A stretch of 64,000 bases of DNA from Acidobacteriota bacterium. Its GTDB lineage: Bacteria > Acidobacteriota > Terriglobia > Terriglobales > Acidobacteriaceae. The position numbers and the translations under genes are program-made. The notes beneath the pieces are model-generated. The model ran no database searches. It saw only the letters and a list, made by a program, of their open reading frames with translations, and was not told the DNA's origin. Of the stretch, positions 51,451 to 60,950 are shown piece after piece; within the stretch, counting starts at the first letter, position 1; each line of letters starts with the position of its first letter. The stretch covers positions 74,457-138,456 of the forward strand of contig JAFDVQ010000018.1 in NCBI GenBank assembly GCA_018268915.1, given 5' to 3'.

Positions 51451-52341
51451 TCAGCGAGATGCGGGCTTGGTTTGCGCCGATGCAGCGGGCTTGGCGGACG
51501 CTGCCACAGCCGACTTCGGGGCCTTCGGCTTCCAGAAGTCGGCATCTGCCTTCATCGTAGCCTCATCCACGTAGCTCTGCCTCGGGTTGATCGTGAACAA
51601 CTCGCTCCGGACGCTCTCGACAGCTGCGGCAAACATCTGGTCCGCCTTTGCTGCGCCCTCTTCGCCGCCCATCGCCTCCATGATCTTCTTGCTGTCGGCC
51701 TGCTCCTTGTCGATCTCCGCTAGGCTCTCGCGATGAGTCAGCATGATGTAGGTGCCCGATTCTCCTCCATATGTAACTGCATACGCTCCCCAATGCAGTC
51801 CCGCGCCAGCCTTTTCGCAGGCCTCTTTGTACATCTTGGTCACTTCACGCCATTCCTTTTCGTGACCAAGCCGCACCTTAAATGCTGTCAGCTCGTAGTA
51901 CCGCGCGTGGCTGAAGTCCGGGCGAGGATGGAAGCTCAAGCCCTCGTTATAGACCAGCACTGCCGAGTCCATTCCCTCGAGCAGTTCGCTGTCCGCGGAG
52001 ATGTCGCGATCAAGTTCCGCGCCAAGCGATGCGTTCTTTTCGAAGATCTTGTTGTCATTCTCCCAGGCTTCAAACGACGGATATCGCGTCATGTAGAGAG
52101 AGCGTGGCTTACCCGACATCGAATTCAGCGCGAGGTAGTGGCCCTTCAATTTGCCCTTATTCATCAGACTGACGAAGGCCGCTTCTGACCTGTCGTGCAC
52201 GGCTCCGCTCTTACCTGGCTTTAGCCATTCACGATTGATCTGAATCACGGCAGGTGGTTTCATTTCGCTGGAATCCTGCGCGACAGCAATGCCGGCTCCA
52301 GCAGCCAATATGGAAAGACAAAGGATTGGTCTGAGCTTCAT
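51451..52341 (-). CDS. Secreted hypothetical protein with two NIPSNAP-like (dimeric alpha+beta barrel) halves
   Basis: Signal peptide, two similar halves (INREWLKPG.. and LTAFKVRLG..), and an Ala/Lys-rich tail. Confidence 0.65.
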   Translation of the reverse strand: MKLRPILCLSILAAGAGIAVAQDSSEMKPPAVIQINREWLKPGKSGAVHDRSEAAFVSLMNKGKLKGHYLALNSMSGKPRSLYMTRYPSFEAWENDNKIFEKNASLGAELDRDISADSELLEGMDSAVLVYNEGLSFHPRPDFSHARYYELTAFKVRLGHEKEWREVTKMYKEACEKAGAGLHWGAYAVTYGGESGTYIMLTHRESLAEIDKEQADSKKIMEAMGGEEGAAKADQMFAAAVESVRSELFTINPRQSYVDEATMKADADFWKPKAPKSAVAASAKPAASAQTKPASR

Positions 52342-52487
52342 GCGTAACCTCCTGGACTTTCGCGGAGATCACTTGCGACCCGGGGGGAGGCCCTTGGGAC
52401 GAAGCGCGGGTGATCTGATACGTGCCGGAAGCATAGACCCGCACCCCGTGCTTGTAAAGAATCAGTTTGGGTCGGTGAAACGCGTCT

Positions 52488-53027
52488 TCAATGCCCTGAA
52501 GTACAGGACTTCAAGACCCGTCGAAGCGTGTAGGTGTGGATCACAAGACTCGAGTCATCAATTACCGTGCTCGGCACCTGCTGCATGTCCTCGATCTCCG
52601 TGGCAATCATCACGCCGTTGATCAGCTTCGTCTTCGTAATCACAAAATCCTCGGTGACGTTCCCCGAACCGCCGCCCGGCAATGCAATCACCAGGTTCAT
52701 GGTGCCCCGGCCGTTCTCGTCTACGGTGTAAGTTCCGGAGATGCCGATTTCGCTGATGCTGCGCGTTGTACTGCTCGGGCCCGGCTGATTGACTGTCGCC
52801 GCTCCGCGAATCCTCCCATGACCGTCCATCACCTCATAACCGAGCGCCCGGGCAACATTCGCGCCGTAAGTCGCAATCGCCCCATAGTCGCCGCAGACCG
52901 TTGCTGTCGAAAACTGGCCGCGGCTCGAATTGCCGTGCTCCTGCGCTGGCGAAGTGGCACAGAGCAAAACGGAAAGAACTGCCGGGGACATCCACTTCAG
53001 GGATTTCAAAACGAGAGAGATCTTCAC
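52488..53027 (-). CDS. Secreted hypothetical beta-rich protein
   Basis: 179 aa, signal peptide, GTYTVDENGRGTM motif, preceded by GGAGG. Confidence 0.65.
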   Translation of the reverse strand: MKISLVLKSLKWMSPAVLSVLLCATSPAQEHGNSSRGQFSTATVCGDYGAIATYGANVARALGYEVMDGHGRIRGAATVNQPGPSSTTRSISEIGISGTYTVDENGRGTMNLVIALPGGGSGNVTEDFVITKTKLINGVMIATEIEDMQQVPSTVIDDSSLVIHTYTLRRVLKSCTSGH

Positions 53028-53227
53028 AATGGAACCTCCGAGACGTGCTTATTTGGGGCGATTAACTGCGGAATTCTGAGCATAGCGATCTCGGGAAATG
53101 CTGGCAAATCGCATTCCGCCCGAGCCCACCCAAAGCCGCGGGCAAACGCACGTGGCGCAGAGCAAGCCCGGCGCACCCTTGAGGAGCAGCGGAGTCGTCG
53201 CATATCCTTGTGATCAGAGATTCAGCG

Positions 53228-53689
53228 ATGCCAAAGAAGCCAATCCGTCCCACCTTCGATCAGTGCATGGGAACTCTCCGCGAACGCGGATTCGATGTTT
53301 CCCCCTTCAAAGGTTCCGCGGGAGGCATGCTCGCTGCAAAATACGGAGCCGCAGCAGTCCTGCTCCCCTCTTCTGGCAACGAAGGCAGTCCTGCCAGCTA
53401 CTTCGAGCGTCCTGGAGTGCTCGTCCGCGGCGAAATCGCCCGCCTCCTTGACCGCGGCTATCAGAAGTTCATCAAAACCGCGCAGTTCGAACTCCCAGCC
53501 ACTGCGGCCCAGCTGCAGGCTATCCATCAATTTCAGGAAGAGCTCACCCAGGCCATCGGCGGCATCAGCCTCTACAATCAGTCCCTCGGCACCACCAGCG
53601 ATCTCTATGAATACGATCGCCTCCGCGGCCGCGAGCAAGAAACCGAGAGCGCAGGAAAAAGGCCCTGGGAGCTAACCCAGGGCCACTGA
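53228..53689 (+). CDS. Hypothetical protein
   Basis: 153 aa, coherent sequence (GEIARLLDRGYQKFIKT, YNQSLGTTSD.Y.YDRL.GR) with strong G/C third-position usage. Confidence 0.75.
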   Translation: MPKKPIRPTFDQCMGTLRERGFDVSPFKGSAGGMLAAKYGAAAVLLPSSGNEGSPASYFERPGVLVRGEIARLLDRGYQKFIKTAQFELPATAAQLQAIHQFQEELTQAIGGISLYNQSLGTTSDLYEYDRLRGREQETESAGKRPWELTQGH

Positions 53690-53712
53690 GATTTGCTCTC
53701 TGCTTTTTCTCT

Positions 53713-54552
53713 TCACTCGCTGGTTCCATGCTTGGACATCTTCTGGTGCTGCGAAGCTTTCACTGAGTCAGGCATAAACCGCCCCAGGACGCCCGTTAAC
53801 TTTATGCTCGCCGACTCGGCGAAAACCTCCTGCTCGCCCGCCATCAACGCCTCAAATCCCTGCTTCGCCACCTCCGCCGGGTCGTTCGACTCTTTACCTT
53901 TCGAGCCGACCTTGGTGTCTTCCATTTCCGCTCGCTTGAAGAACTCCGTGTCGGTTGCACCAGGCTTCAACGCCGTCACGGTCACTCCAGAGTCTTTCAG
54001 CTCGTAGCGGAGACTCTGCGCAAACTCCAGATCGAAAGCTTTGCTCGCTCCGTAAACAGCCATCTGAGGCGTCGGCATCGTTCCTGCAATAGAAGCCGTA
54101 ATCAAGATCCGTCCAGCCCCACGCGCCTTCATCTGGCGTGCAGCCAATTTCGCGAGGTGAACAGTCGACCGGACATTTAGATCGATAATCTTCAGTTCTC
54201 TTCGCAAATCGGTCTCATCTGCAAATTCACCCGCAGTCCCTATTCCGGCGTTGATCGCGATCGCATCCACAGGACGTCCAGTCGCTTCCACCTCGCGCCA
54301 CAGCTTCTCAACCTCAGCCTCCTGGCTCAGATCAACTTGCACCGGGTACACCTTCGCTCCGAGACTCTCAATGTCTCGCGCAGATTCACGCACACGCTCT
54401 TCGTCAGCGGCCATTACTACGTCGAATCCGTGCGTTGCAAATTCCTGGGCCAGACAAAACCCGATGCCCGTCGACGCCCCGGTTACAACCGCAAGCTGTC
54501 GGCCGTCAGACTGAGTCAAATTTGATTGATTGTTGCTCCCTACCACCGCCAT
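53713..54552 (-). CDS. SDR oxidoreductase
   Basis: TGASTGIG, INAG, YGASK (YxxxK) and PGATDTEFF. Start at MAVVG (ATG 54552), which follows GGAGG. Confidence 0.92.
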   Translation of the reverse strand: MAVVGSNNQSNLTQSDGRQLAVVTGASTGIGFCLAQEFATHGFDVVMAADEERVRESARDIESLGAKVYPVQVDLSQEAEVEKLWREVEATGRPVDAIAINAGIGTAGEFADETDLRRELKIIDLNVRSTVHLAKLAARQMKARGAGRILITASIAGTMPTPQMAVYGASKAFDLEFAQSLRYELKDSGVTVTALKPGATDTEFFKRAEMEDTKVGSKGKESNDPAEVAKQGFEALMAGEQEVFAESASIKLTGVLGRFMPDSVKASQHQKMSKHGTSE

Positions 54553-54690
54553 AACACCTCCGCGACATGCCCGTCGCACCGAATCTCAGATGCCGCGGTC
54601 AAGGCCGAAGATGTCAGCGGAGAATAGCTCGTCCCGGAAGCTGCAGTCCCAAGGACTAAGAAGCCTTAGCCACCTTTCGGTCCCTGCTTC

Positions 54691-54900
54691 TCAGTAGTAG
54701 TCGGCGCAGCTAAGGTAGTAGCCGCAATGCGTGCACACCAGCTTGCACTTATGGCCGGTCAGTCGATGGGAGCACGTAGGGCATATCTGGCAATGATGAT
54801 CCACCGGCGCCTCGTCCACCTCGGACGAACAAATCACGGCATCCTGCGCCGAACGCGCAGCAATCTCATCATCGAAAACACTCGGTCTTTGAGGAAGCAT
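54691..54900 (-). CDS. Small Cys-rich zinc-finger micro-protein
   Basis: C-terminal CPTC...KCKLVCTHCGYYLSCADYY (two CxxC plus extra Cys). Confidence 0.7.
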   Translation of the reverse strand: MLPQRPSVFDDEIAARSAQDAVICSSEVDEAPVDHHCQICPTCSHRLTGHKCKLVCTHCGYYLSCADYY

Positions 54901-55164
54901 GGGTCAGAGATTAACCCATTCTTCACACTCCCGCCATGTCGAGCTAGATTCCTCCTGCTCAGGCGCGTCAGGCGTCCTTTCGCCTCAACAGGCGCTGTTC
55001 GGCCCATCCCGGCCTAATGCTTTAGCATGGAGTGGAGCGGCTGTGCCACGCCACGCCGTGGTCGCTGGCAGTTTTCTAACGTATTTGCCGTCGTCGAATC
55101 TTCCTGAGACGGCACATCCCCAGAACAAAGATCAATCGATCGAAATCCCCAAAGGAGAATATTT

Positions 55165-55596
55165 ATGGCTAGCAAAGCAAGTGCGGTCTGGACAGGCTCA
55201 CTGAAGGAAGGCAAAGGCACCATCTCAACCGCTACCGGCGTGCTGAAAGATGCAAACTACTCGTTCGCCACGCGCTTCGAAGGCGCTGCCAGCGGCACCA
55301 CCCCCGAGGAGCTCATCGCTGCGGCCCACGCGAGCTGCTTCTCCATGGCGTTGGGCGCACAGCTCGGCGAAGCCGGCCTCACCCCCACGAAGATCGAAAC
55401 CCAGGCGGCTGTCACCCTCGCCAAGACCGATGCTGGTTTTGCCGTGACCAAGATCGCGCTCACCACGACTGCCAGCGTGCCCAACGCCTCCAAGGAAGCC
55501 TTCGACAAGGCGGCTGGTAACGCCAAGGCAGGCTGCCCCATCTCCAAGCTCTTCGCCAACAACACCGAGATCACCCTCGACGCGAAGCTGGTCTAA
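55165..55596 (+). CDS. osmC: OsmC family peroxiredoxin
   Basis: ASAVWTGSLKEGKG, PEELIAAAHASCFSMAL and AKAGCPISK. Confidence 0.95.
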   Translation: MASKASAVWTGSLKEGKGTISTATGVLKDANYSFATRFEGAASGTTPEELIAAAHASCFSMALGAQLGEAGLTPTKIETQAAVTLAKTDAGFAVTKIALTTTASVPNASKEAFDKAAGNAKAGCPISKLFANNTEITLDAKLV

Positions 55597-55604
55597 TCCC
55601 ATTC

Positions 55605-55639
55605 GGGTGCCCCATGTCTCCCGATGTTGGAGACATGGG
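55605..55639 (+). repeat. REP-like palindrome, subfamily A variant
   Basis: GGGTGC-CCCATGTCTCC-CGATGTT-GGAGACATGGG (11-bp perfect stem), 8 nt after the osmC stop. Confidence 0.75.
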
Positions 55640-55801
55640 ATACCTACCAAGAGTAGTAACCAACGCAACCCCTCATCGATCTTCCTTTCTCCTTGACACC
55701 CGCAGCTACGAGCGCGACAGTGAAGGCGCAATCAGCCGATATCTGTCCTCGCTCTGAATGAACGACTGTCGCGTGTCTGCCGACCTGGGGGGCTATACGT
55801 C

Positions 55802-56224
55802 ATGATTCCTTTCCCTGCAATCAACTACCTGGCCGTTCTCTCCTGCGCTATCCTCCTCTGGATCCTCGGCGCTGTTTGGTATTCGCCCGCGCTCTTCGCA
55901 AAAAAGTGGATGGAGCTGATCGGCGTTACGCGCGAACCGGGCAAGCGCGACGGACTCCTCCTCGGCATGACGGCCTCCTTCTTCGGCGACCTGGTCATGT
56001 CCTTCATCATCGCCAACATCCTCGTCTGGGCGAACATATCGGGCTTCCAGCGGGGTGCGGTGCTTGGCGTTCTTCTGTGGATTGGCTTCATCGCCGCGCC
56101 CAATCTGCCCCAGGGCCTTTACGAGAAGCGTCCCTTCAAGCTCTTCGCCATCAACAGTGGCTATTGGCTTGTCGGCCTGCTCATCGTCGGCGGAATCCTT
56201 GCCTCCTGGCACGCAACCCGCTAG
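55802..56224 (+). CDS. DUF1761 family membrane protein
   Basis: INYLAVL...LGAVWYSPALFAKKWM...LFAINSGYWLV, four TMs. Confidence 0.88.
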   Translation: MIPFPAINYLAVLSCAILLWILGAVWYSPALFAKKWMELIGVTREPGKRDGLLLGMTASFFGDLVMSFIIANILVWANISGFQRGAVLGVLLWIGFIAAPNLPQGLYEKRPFKLFAINSGYWLVGLLIVGGILASWHATR

Positions 56225-56246
56225 GCGCACCTCCGCCCATACCCTC

Positions 56247-56252
56247 TAAAAT
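56247..56252 (+). promoter_or_regulatory. -10 box of a probable leaderless RidA promoter
   Basis: TAAAAT plus 6 nt (TGCTCT) plus ATG, no Shine-Dalgarno. Confidence 0.55.
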
Positions 56253-56258
56253 TGCTCT

Positions 56259-56654
56259 ATGAGCAAAACCGCCGTCTTCACAAACTCCGCTCCAAAGGCA
56301 GTGGGACCCTATTCGCAGGGCATTCGCTGCGGAAACCTCGTCTTCACCGCTGGACAGGCCGCCCTAGACCCCAACACCCAGCAACTCATCTCTGGCGGAA
56401 TCGAAGACCAGACCCGGCGCACCCTTGAAAATCTGAAGGCCGTCCTTGAAGCCGCCGGCACCACCCTCGATCGCGTAGTCAAAGCCAACGTCTATCTGAA
56501 AGACATGAATGATTTCGCCGCCATGAACGCTGTCTACGCCGAGTACCTCGCCCCTCAGGGCGTCACCGCACCCGCTCGCACCACCATCGAGGCTGCCCGC
56601 CTGCCCAAAGACGCACTCGTCGAAATCGAGCTTATTGCTGAAATCGGCGGCTGA
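56259..56654 (+). CDS. RidA/YjgF family enamine/imine deaminase
   Basis: [33 protein letters not shown] and [10 protein letters not shown]. Confidence 0.93.
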   Translation: MSKTAVFTNSAPKAVGPYSQGIRCGNLVFTAGQAALDPNTQQLISGGIEDQTRRTLENLKAVLEAAGTTLDRVVKANVYLKDMNDFAAMNAVYAEYLAPQGVTAPARTTIEAARLPKDALVEIELIAEIGG

Positions 56655-56697
56655 ATCCCGCACCTCGCATCAAGCATCTCTCTTCCCCGGAGGTTCT

Positions 56698-57135
56698 ATG
56701 AGCAACACACCCAGTCAGCCCGACGCGTCTGCCAAAATCACCCACACCGATTCAGAGTGGCGCGAGAAGCTGTCGCCTGAGCAGTACCGTGTCCTCCGGG
56801 AGAAAGGCACGGAGCGCCCCTTCACCGGCGCGCTCACGGAGAATCACGAAACTGGAAACTACCATTGCGCAGGCTGCGGAGCACTCCTGTTCCTGTCCGG
56901 AGCCAAGTTCGACTCCGGTTGCGGATGGCCCAGCTTTGTTATTCCCGCCGACTCCCGGGCTATCGACGAGCATGAAGACAACACATTTGGCATGCGCCGC
57001 GTCGAGGTCACTTGCGCACGCTGTGGCGGCCACCTGGGGCACGTCTTCCCTGACGGCCCTCGCCCCACCGGACTCCGCTACTGCATCAACTCCGCTTCCC
57101 TGACCTTTACCCACGAGAAAGACGCGGAGAAGTGA
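56698..57135 (+). CDS. msrB: Peptide methionine (R)-sulfoxide reductase
   Basis: [39 protein letters not shown] and RYCINS. Start at ATG 56698, which follows GGAGG. Confidence 0.97.
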   Translation: MSNTPSQPDASAKITHTDSEWREKLSPEQYRVLREKGTERPFTGALTENHETGNYHCAGCGALLFLSGAKFDSGCGWPSFVIPADSRAIDEHEDNTFGMRRVEVTCARCGGHLGHVFPDGPRPTGLRYCINSASLTFTHEKDAEK

Positions 57136-57199
57136 CTTTGTGAGCATCCAAGCTACCTAGGCTGGGGAACCTTCCAGCCAATAGCTTTCCGGAGGGCCC

Positions 57200-57634
57200 A
57201 TGAAGCCACCTTTGACCTTTACGTACTACATTGCTGCCCCCATTGAAAAAGTCTGGGACGGATTCGTCTCGAAGGAGGCAAACGCCCAGATATTCATGGG
57301 CGCCAACTTCGCGGTGGATCTGAAGCCCGGCGGTTCCATGACCTGGACCGGTCCCGGCAAAGATGGCAAACCAACCACTTATGTAACAGGCAAGGTGATC
57401 CGGGCCGATGAGCCGAAACTCCTTGAATATGAGTTTGGGATGGGAACCGGCGAGAAAATGTCCCATGTTCTGGTCGAACTGACGCCTGAGTCGGAGGCCG
57501 TTCAGGTCAAAGTGACCAACGACCGCTGGATTGACGACGATCCGGCCTACACGCAGAATGCGGATGGATGGCCCCGAATCCTCTCACGCCTGAAGACGCT
57601 CCTTGAGACCGGCAAGACCTTCAAGCCACACTGA
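57200..57634 (+). CDS. SRPBCC/AHSA1 domain protein
   Basis: YYIAAPIEKVWD, DLKPGG and GWPRILSRLKTLLETG. Confidence 0.88.
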   Translation: MKPPLTFTYYIAAPIEKVWDGFVSKEANAQIFMGANFAVDLKPGGSMTWTGPGKDGKPTTYVTGKVIRADEPKLLEYEFGMGTGEKMSHVLVELTPESEAVQVKVTNDRWIDDDPAYTQNADGWPRILSRLKTLLETGKTFKPH

Positions 57635-57666
57635 GTTGGACTCGGCAGATTGTCCCGATCGCACAT

Positions 57667-57698
57667 AAAAAACCCCGTCTCATAGGACGGGGTTTCTT
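57667..57698. terminator. Bidirectional intrinsic terminator
   Basis: AAAAAACCCCGTC-TCATAG-GACGGGGTTTCT. Confidence 0.8.
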
Positions 57699-57738
57699 AT
57701 GTGCCTGATTTTTCAGCGGCCACGAGCCCGCTGTCGCA

Positions 57739-57930
57739 TTAGCTGGTCTTCTGGATCTTGCCGCCCTTGATGCAGCTGGTGCACACGCGAATCCGCTTCG
57801 GAGCGCCATTGACCAGCGCCTTCACGGCCTGCAGATTTACATTCCAGCGACGCTTGGTTACGTTGTGCGCGTGCGAAATGTTGTTCCCGAACTGCGGTCC
57901 CTTGCCGCAAACATCACATACCTGTGCCAT
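57739..57930 (-). CDS. rpmB: 50S ribosomal protein L28 (Zn-binding C+ type)
   Basis: [30 protein letters not shown]...RVCTSCIK. Confidence 0.97.
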   Translation of the reverse strand: MAQVCDVCGKGPQFGNNISHAHNVTKRRWNVNLQAVKALVNGAPKRIRVCTSCIKGGKIQKTS

Positions 57931-58072
57931 CTCGATAGCTCCAAACTTGTCTCAGATTTCCGCGCCAGCTCGAGTCGCTTCCCGCAACTCTCATCCGTCC
58001 GGCGTTCCTAAACAACACAGACGGGCGATGGGCAAATGAAGGCACACCCACCCTGCAGCTTGCCGAACCCTT

Positions 58073-58101
58073 AGTATACCCTGAACCCCGCCCCCGGCCA
58101 A
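58073..58101 (-). promoter_or_regulatory. Sigma70-type promoter of rpmB
   Basis: The minus strand reads TTGGCC-17 bp-TATACT, implying a 5' leader of about 135 nt. Confidence 0.6.
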
Positions 58102-58170
58102 GTTTCAGCCCTGCCCACCCGATTCCCTCTATTCCCTAATCCCTGGTCCCATAGCCCCCTAGTAAGTCCC

Positions 58171-58205
58171 CTACTCACTACTTACTACTCACTATTCACT
58201 ATTCC
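58171..58205 (+). repeat. Heptamer tandem repeat (STRR-like)
   Basis: CTACTCA CTACTTA CTACTCA CTATTCA CTATTCC, preceded by CCCT-rich 7-nt periodic sequence. Confidence 0.65.
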
Positions 58206-58360
58206 GCCCGTTCTCTTGTTCCCTGGACACCTGGACCTTCCTCCCTGCCTTAACAAGAATCCCCTTCCGGACCAATCCGAAAGGGGACAAAAGAAATGCA
58301 GTCACATGAGACCCAAACCAACTGAGATATTCAGTGCGGCCATCCGCCGCCAGTCTTGCC

Positions 58361-58705
58361 TTATTGGCCTGAAGCAGTTCCGCCCTGCAGCTGCAGGCTC
58401 ACGTCGTTCAGCTGGATCGTCTCCAACTCGTCGACGCCACCCTTGCTGTTCACCACGTAACCCTTGTGGCCGTTCTTTTCGGAAACCAGCTTGGCGGGAA
58501 CCGTTACTGACTTGCCGCTTGCCAACAGAGTCACCTGCACTGCATCTCCAGTCCCGGTCCAACTGACCTTCACGTTGCCGGCCGGGATATCCGTCGTCCC
58601 AACCTTGACGTTCTGCCCCAGGCTGATCGTCTGCGAATTCTTGGCCGCCATCGCCGGGGCGATCGCGAGTGTGAGCATAAGGGCGTATCCGAACAAACGC
58701 TTCAT
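58361..58705 (-). CDS. Small secreted beta-sandwich-like protein
   Basis: 114 aa, signal peptide (LMLTLAIAPAMA), alternating beta pattern, strong SD (GAGGAG). Confidence 0.8.
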   Translation of the reverse strand: MKRLFGYALMLTLAIAPAMAAKNSQTISLGQNVKVGTTDIPAGNVKVSWTGTGDAVQVTLLASGKSVTVPAKLVSEKNGHKGYVVNSKGGVDELETIQLNDVSLQLQGGTASGQ

Positions 58706-58795
58706 GATGTTCTCCTCAGATGCCTCGATGAATTTAAGACAGGAAGAAAAGGTGAGGCACTGTGAATAGTGAACAACACGATTGGCAAGTCGCAG

Positions 58796-58811
58796 CTTAA
58801 GAAACCTTAAG
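58796..58811 (-). promoter_or_regulatory. Putative OmpR-family binding box
   Basis: The minus strand reads CTTAAG-GTTT-CTTAAG (10-bp period), about 90 nt upstream of the secreted-protein ATG. Confidence 0.6.
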
Positions 58812-58826
58812 CGAGTTCGACGTGAT

Positions 58827-60173
58827 CTAGCTCACTACTGCGAGCGCTCGCGCCAGCGGGATCGAGATCGTGACCCGCAACCCGGGAGTTGCATTTTCCG
58901 CAACGATCTTCCCACGGTGCACGCACACCGCCCGCTTCGCAATCGACAGCCCAAGCCCTGAGCCGCCGCCGTTTGTATTCCGCGCTTCTTCCACGCGAAA
59001 GAATGGATCGAAAATCCGCTCCATCGCCTGCTCCGGAACACCCGGCCCGTAGTCACGAACCGTGATGCGCGCATCTCTCTCATCTTCGCCGAGCGCAACT
59101 TCAACAGCCGTCCTCTCCGGCGAGTACCGAATCGCATTGCGCACCACATTCTCGACAGCGCGCCTCAACAGCTCCGGATTTCCAAGAACCTCTCCGCACA
59201 CCTGCCCGCCCACTTCGATCGTGCATCCGCGTGCCTGCGCTTCCACCTGGCAATCGTGCGTTACCTCATCGATGATGTCGCGGACACAGATATCCTTTTT
59301 CTCCTCCAGCGCCGGATCGTCCTCCACAACATTGATAGCCACGATGTCCGACACCAGCGACGCGATCCGGTTGACATCGCGCTCGATCCTTTCGAGAGCA
59401 GCCGCCGGATCATTGCTCGTGCGCGCCAGCTTCATGGCAAACTTCAGGCGCGCCAGCGGCGATCGCAGCTCATGCGAGATGTCGCTAAGCAGCCGGCGTT
59501 CGCTGGTGATCAGCCGCTCCATTCGCTCCGCCATGTCGTTGAACGATCGCCCGAGCTGTCCGATCTCGTCCGGCCGGTCGGTCTCCACACGTACACTCAG
59601 GTCGCCTTGCCCGAACTGCGCAATGCTGTTCGCGATCCGCCGGATCGGAGAGATAACCCCTGCCGCTGCGATCCAGCACAGAATTCCCGTCGCACCCAGC
59701 ACCAGGAAGTAGTAAGGAAGAAACGCCCAGATGTTCCATCGCGGTTGCGCGCCTTCCGCCGCGAACCAGAATTTCCCATCCGCTGACCGGTGCGTGATCT
59801 CCCAATGTCCATGCCACGCGCCTCGCGACTTCACTGCCGGCGGCTTGGGAAGCATCTCCGAACGATCCGTCCCGGAGACAAGATCCTCACCGCTCCCATC
59901 CAGCAGGTAGTGCGATCCGCCAAACAGCCCATCGAGCCTGTGCATGTACTGCGCTACCGACTCCTGACCCCACCGCTGCAGGATCGCCCTCGCGCTCTCC
60001 AGTTGCAGTTCATCGAACTGGTCGTAGACGGGATCGATTCTCTCCGCCTGCATCTTCTGCGAGATCGCCCGGAACACAACGAACGACATCGAAAGGATGC
60101 TCACCATCGCCAGCAGCACCCACACATAAAGCGAGTGCCGCAGCAGAACCCTAGGCTGCGCCGGTGAAGACAT
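58827..60173 (-). CDS. HAMP sensor histidine kinase (CpxA-like)
   Basis: Two TMs, HAMP, ISHELRSPLARL (H box), NVVRNAIRY, DYGPG and GSGLGLSI. Confidence 0.95.
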   Translation of the reverse strand: MSSPAQPRVLLRHSLYVWVLLAMVSILSMSFVVFRAISQKMQAERIDPVYDQFDELQLESARAILQRWGQESVAQYMHRLDGLFGGSHYLLDGSGEDLVSGTDRSEMLPKPPAVKSRGAWHGHWEITHRSADGKFWFAAEGAQPRWNIWAFLPYYFLVLGATGILCWIAAAGVISPIRRIANSIAQFGQGDLSVRVETDRPDEIGQLGRSFNDMAERMERLITSERRLLSDISHELRSPLARLKFAMKLARTSNDPAAALERIERDVNRIASLVSDIVAINVVEDDPALEEKKDICVRDIIDEVTHDCQVEAQARGCTIEVGGQVCGEVLGNPELLRRAVENVVRNAIRYSPERTAVEVALGEDERDARITVRDYGPGVPEQAMERIFDPFFRVEEARNTNGGGSGLGLSIAKRAVCVHRGKIVAENATPGLRVTISIPLARALAVVS

Positions 60174-60879
60174 ATCCCACCCCGCGAACAGTTCTGATCA
60201 AGCCGCGCCCACCCTCGAGCTTCTTGCGCAAATGGCTGATGTGCACATCCAGAAAACGATCGTACGGCGTAGCCTCGCGCTCGAACAGCGCCGCCGTAAT
60301 CTCGTCCCGCGACACCACGCGCCCTGCCGCCCTCATCAGCATCTCCAGCAAATCGAACTCCGCCGCAGTCAGATCCACCAGCTGATCGTTCAGCCACGCC
60401 TCGCGCGTCGTCGGCCGCACCCGGATATTCCCAATTACGATCTCTTCCGCCTCAGCCCGCGCCATCGATTCCGAGCGGCGTAACACCGCCCGAATCCGCG
60501 CCAGCAGTTCATCCGGATCGAATGGTTTCGGCAGATAGTCGTCCGCTCCCGCATCCAGCCCGCGAATCCGATCCTGCTGCTGGACCCGCGCCGTCAGCAT
60601 GATCACCGGCAGATCCTTCCGCCGCCGCAGCCGCTGCAGCACCTCGAACCCATCCACAATCGGGAGCATTACGTCGAGAATCACCAGATCGTAGCTTCCG
60701 TTCAGAGCCGCGCTAAGCCCTTCGCGTCCGTTGTAGATGCATTCCAGCCGATGGCCTTCCTGGGCGAAGAATTCCGACATCATGCCGCACAACTCCACAT
60801 CGTCGTCCACGAGCAACAACGAGAGCTGCCTCTGCCGGTCCAGGACTTCCATCTGCTTCATCTCAACCGCAACGGCCAA
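60151..60879 (-). CDS. OmpR/PhoB family response regulator (CpxR-like)
   Basis: LLVDDD, ILDVMLP, MLTAR, DDYLPKPF, wHTH with DVHISHLRKKL and IRTVRGVGY. Confidence 0.95.
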   Translation of the reverse strand: MAVAVEMKQMEVLDRQRQLSLLLVDDDVELCGMMSEFFAQEGHRLECIYNGREGLSAALNGSYDLVILDVMLPIVDGFEVLQRLRRRKDLPVIMLTARVQQQDRIRGLDAGADDYLPKPFDPDELLARIRAVLRRSESMARAEAEEIVIGNIRVRPTTREAWLNDQLVDLTAAEFDLLEMLMRAAGRVVSRDEITAALFEREATPYDRFLDVHISHLRKKLEGGRGLIRTVRGVGYVFTGAA

Positions 60880-60950
60880 TCCGGGTACCTCTCCGTCCCA
60901 AAAACTTCGACGATGAAGTCTTGCACACCCGTCTGCCTGGATTGGCCTCC

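Noticed and set aside
56698-57135. Selenocysteine-containing MsrB
   Set aside because: The catalytic position is a normal Cys (RYCINS) and there is no in-frame TGA.
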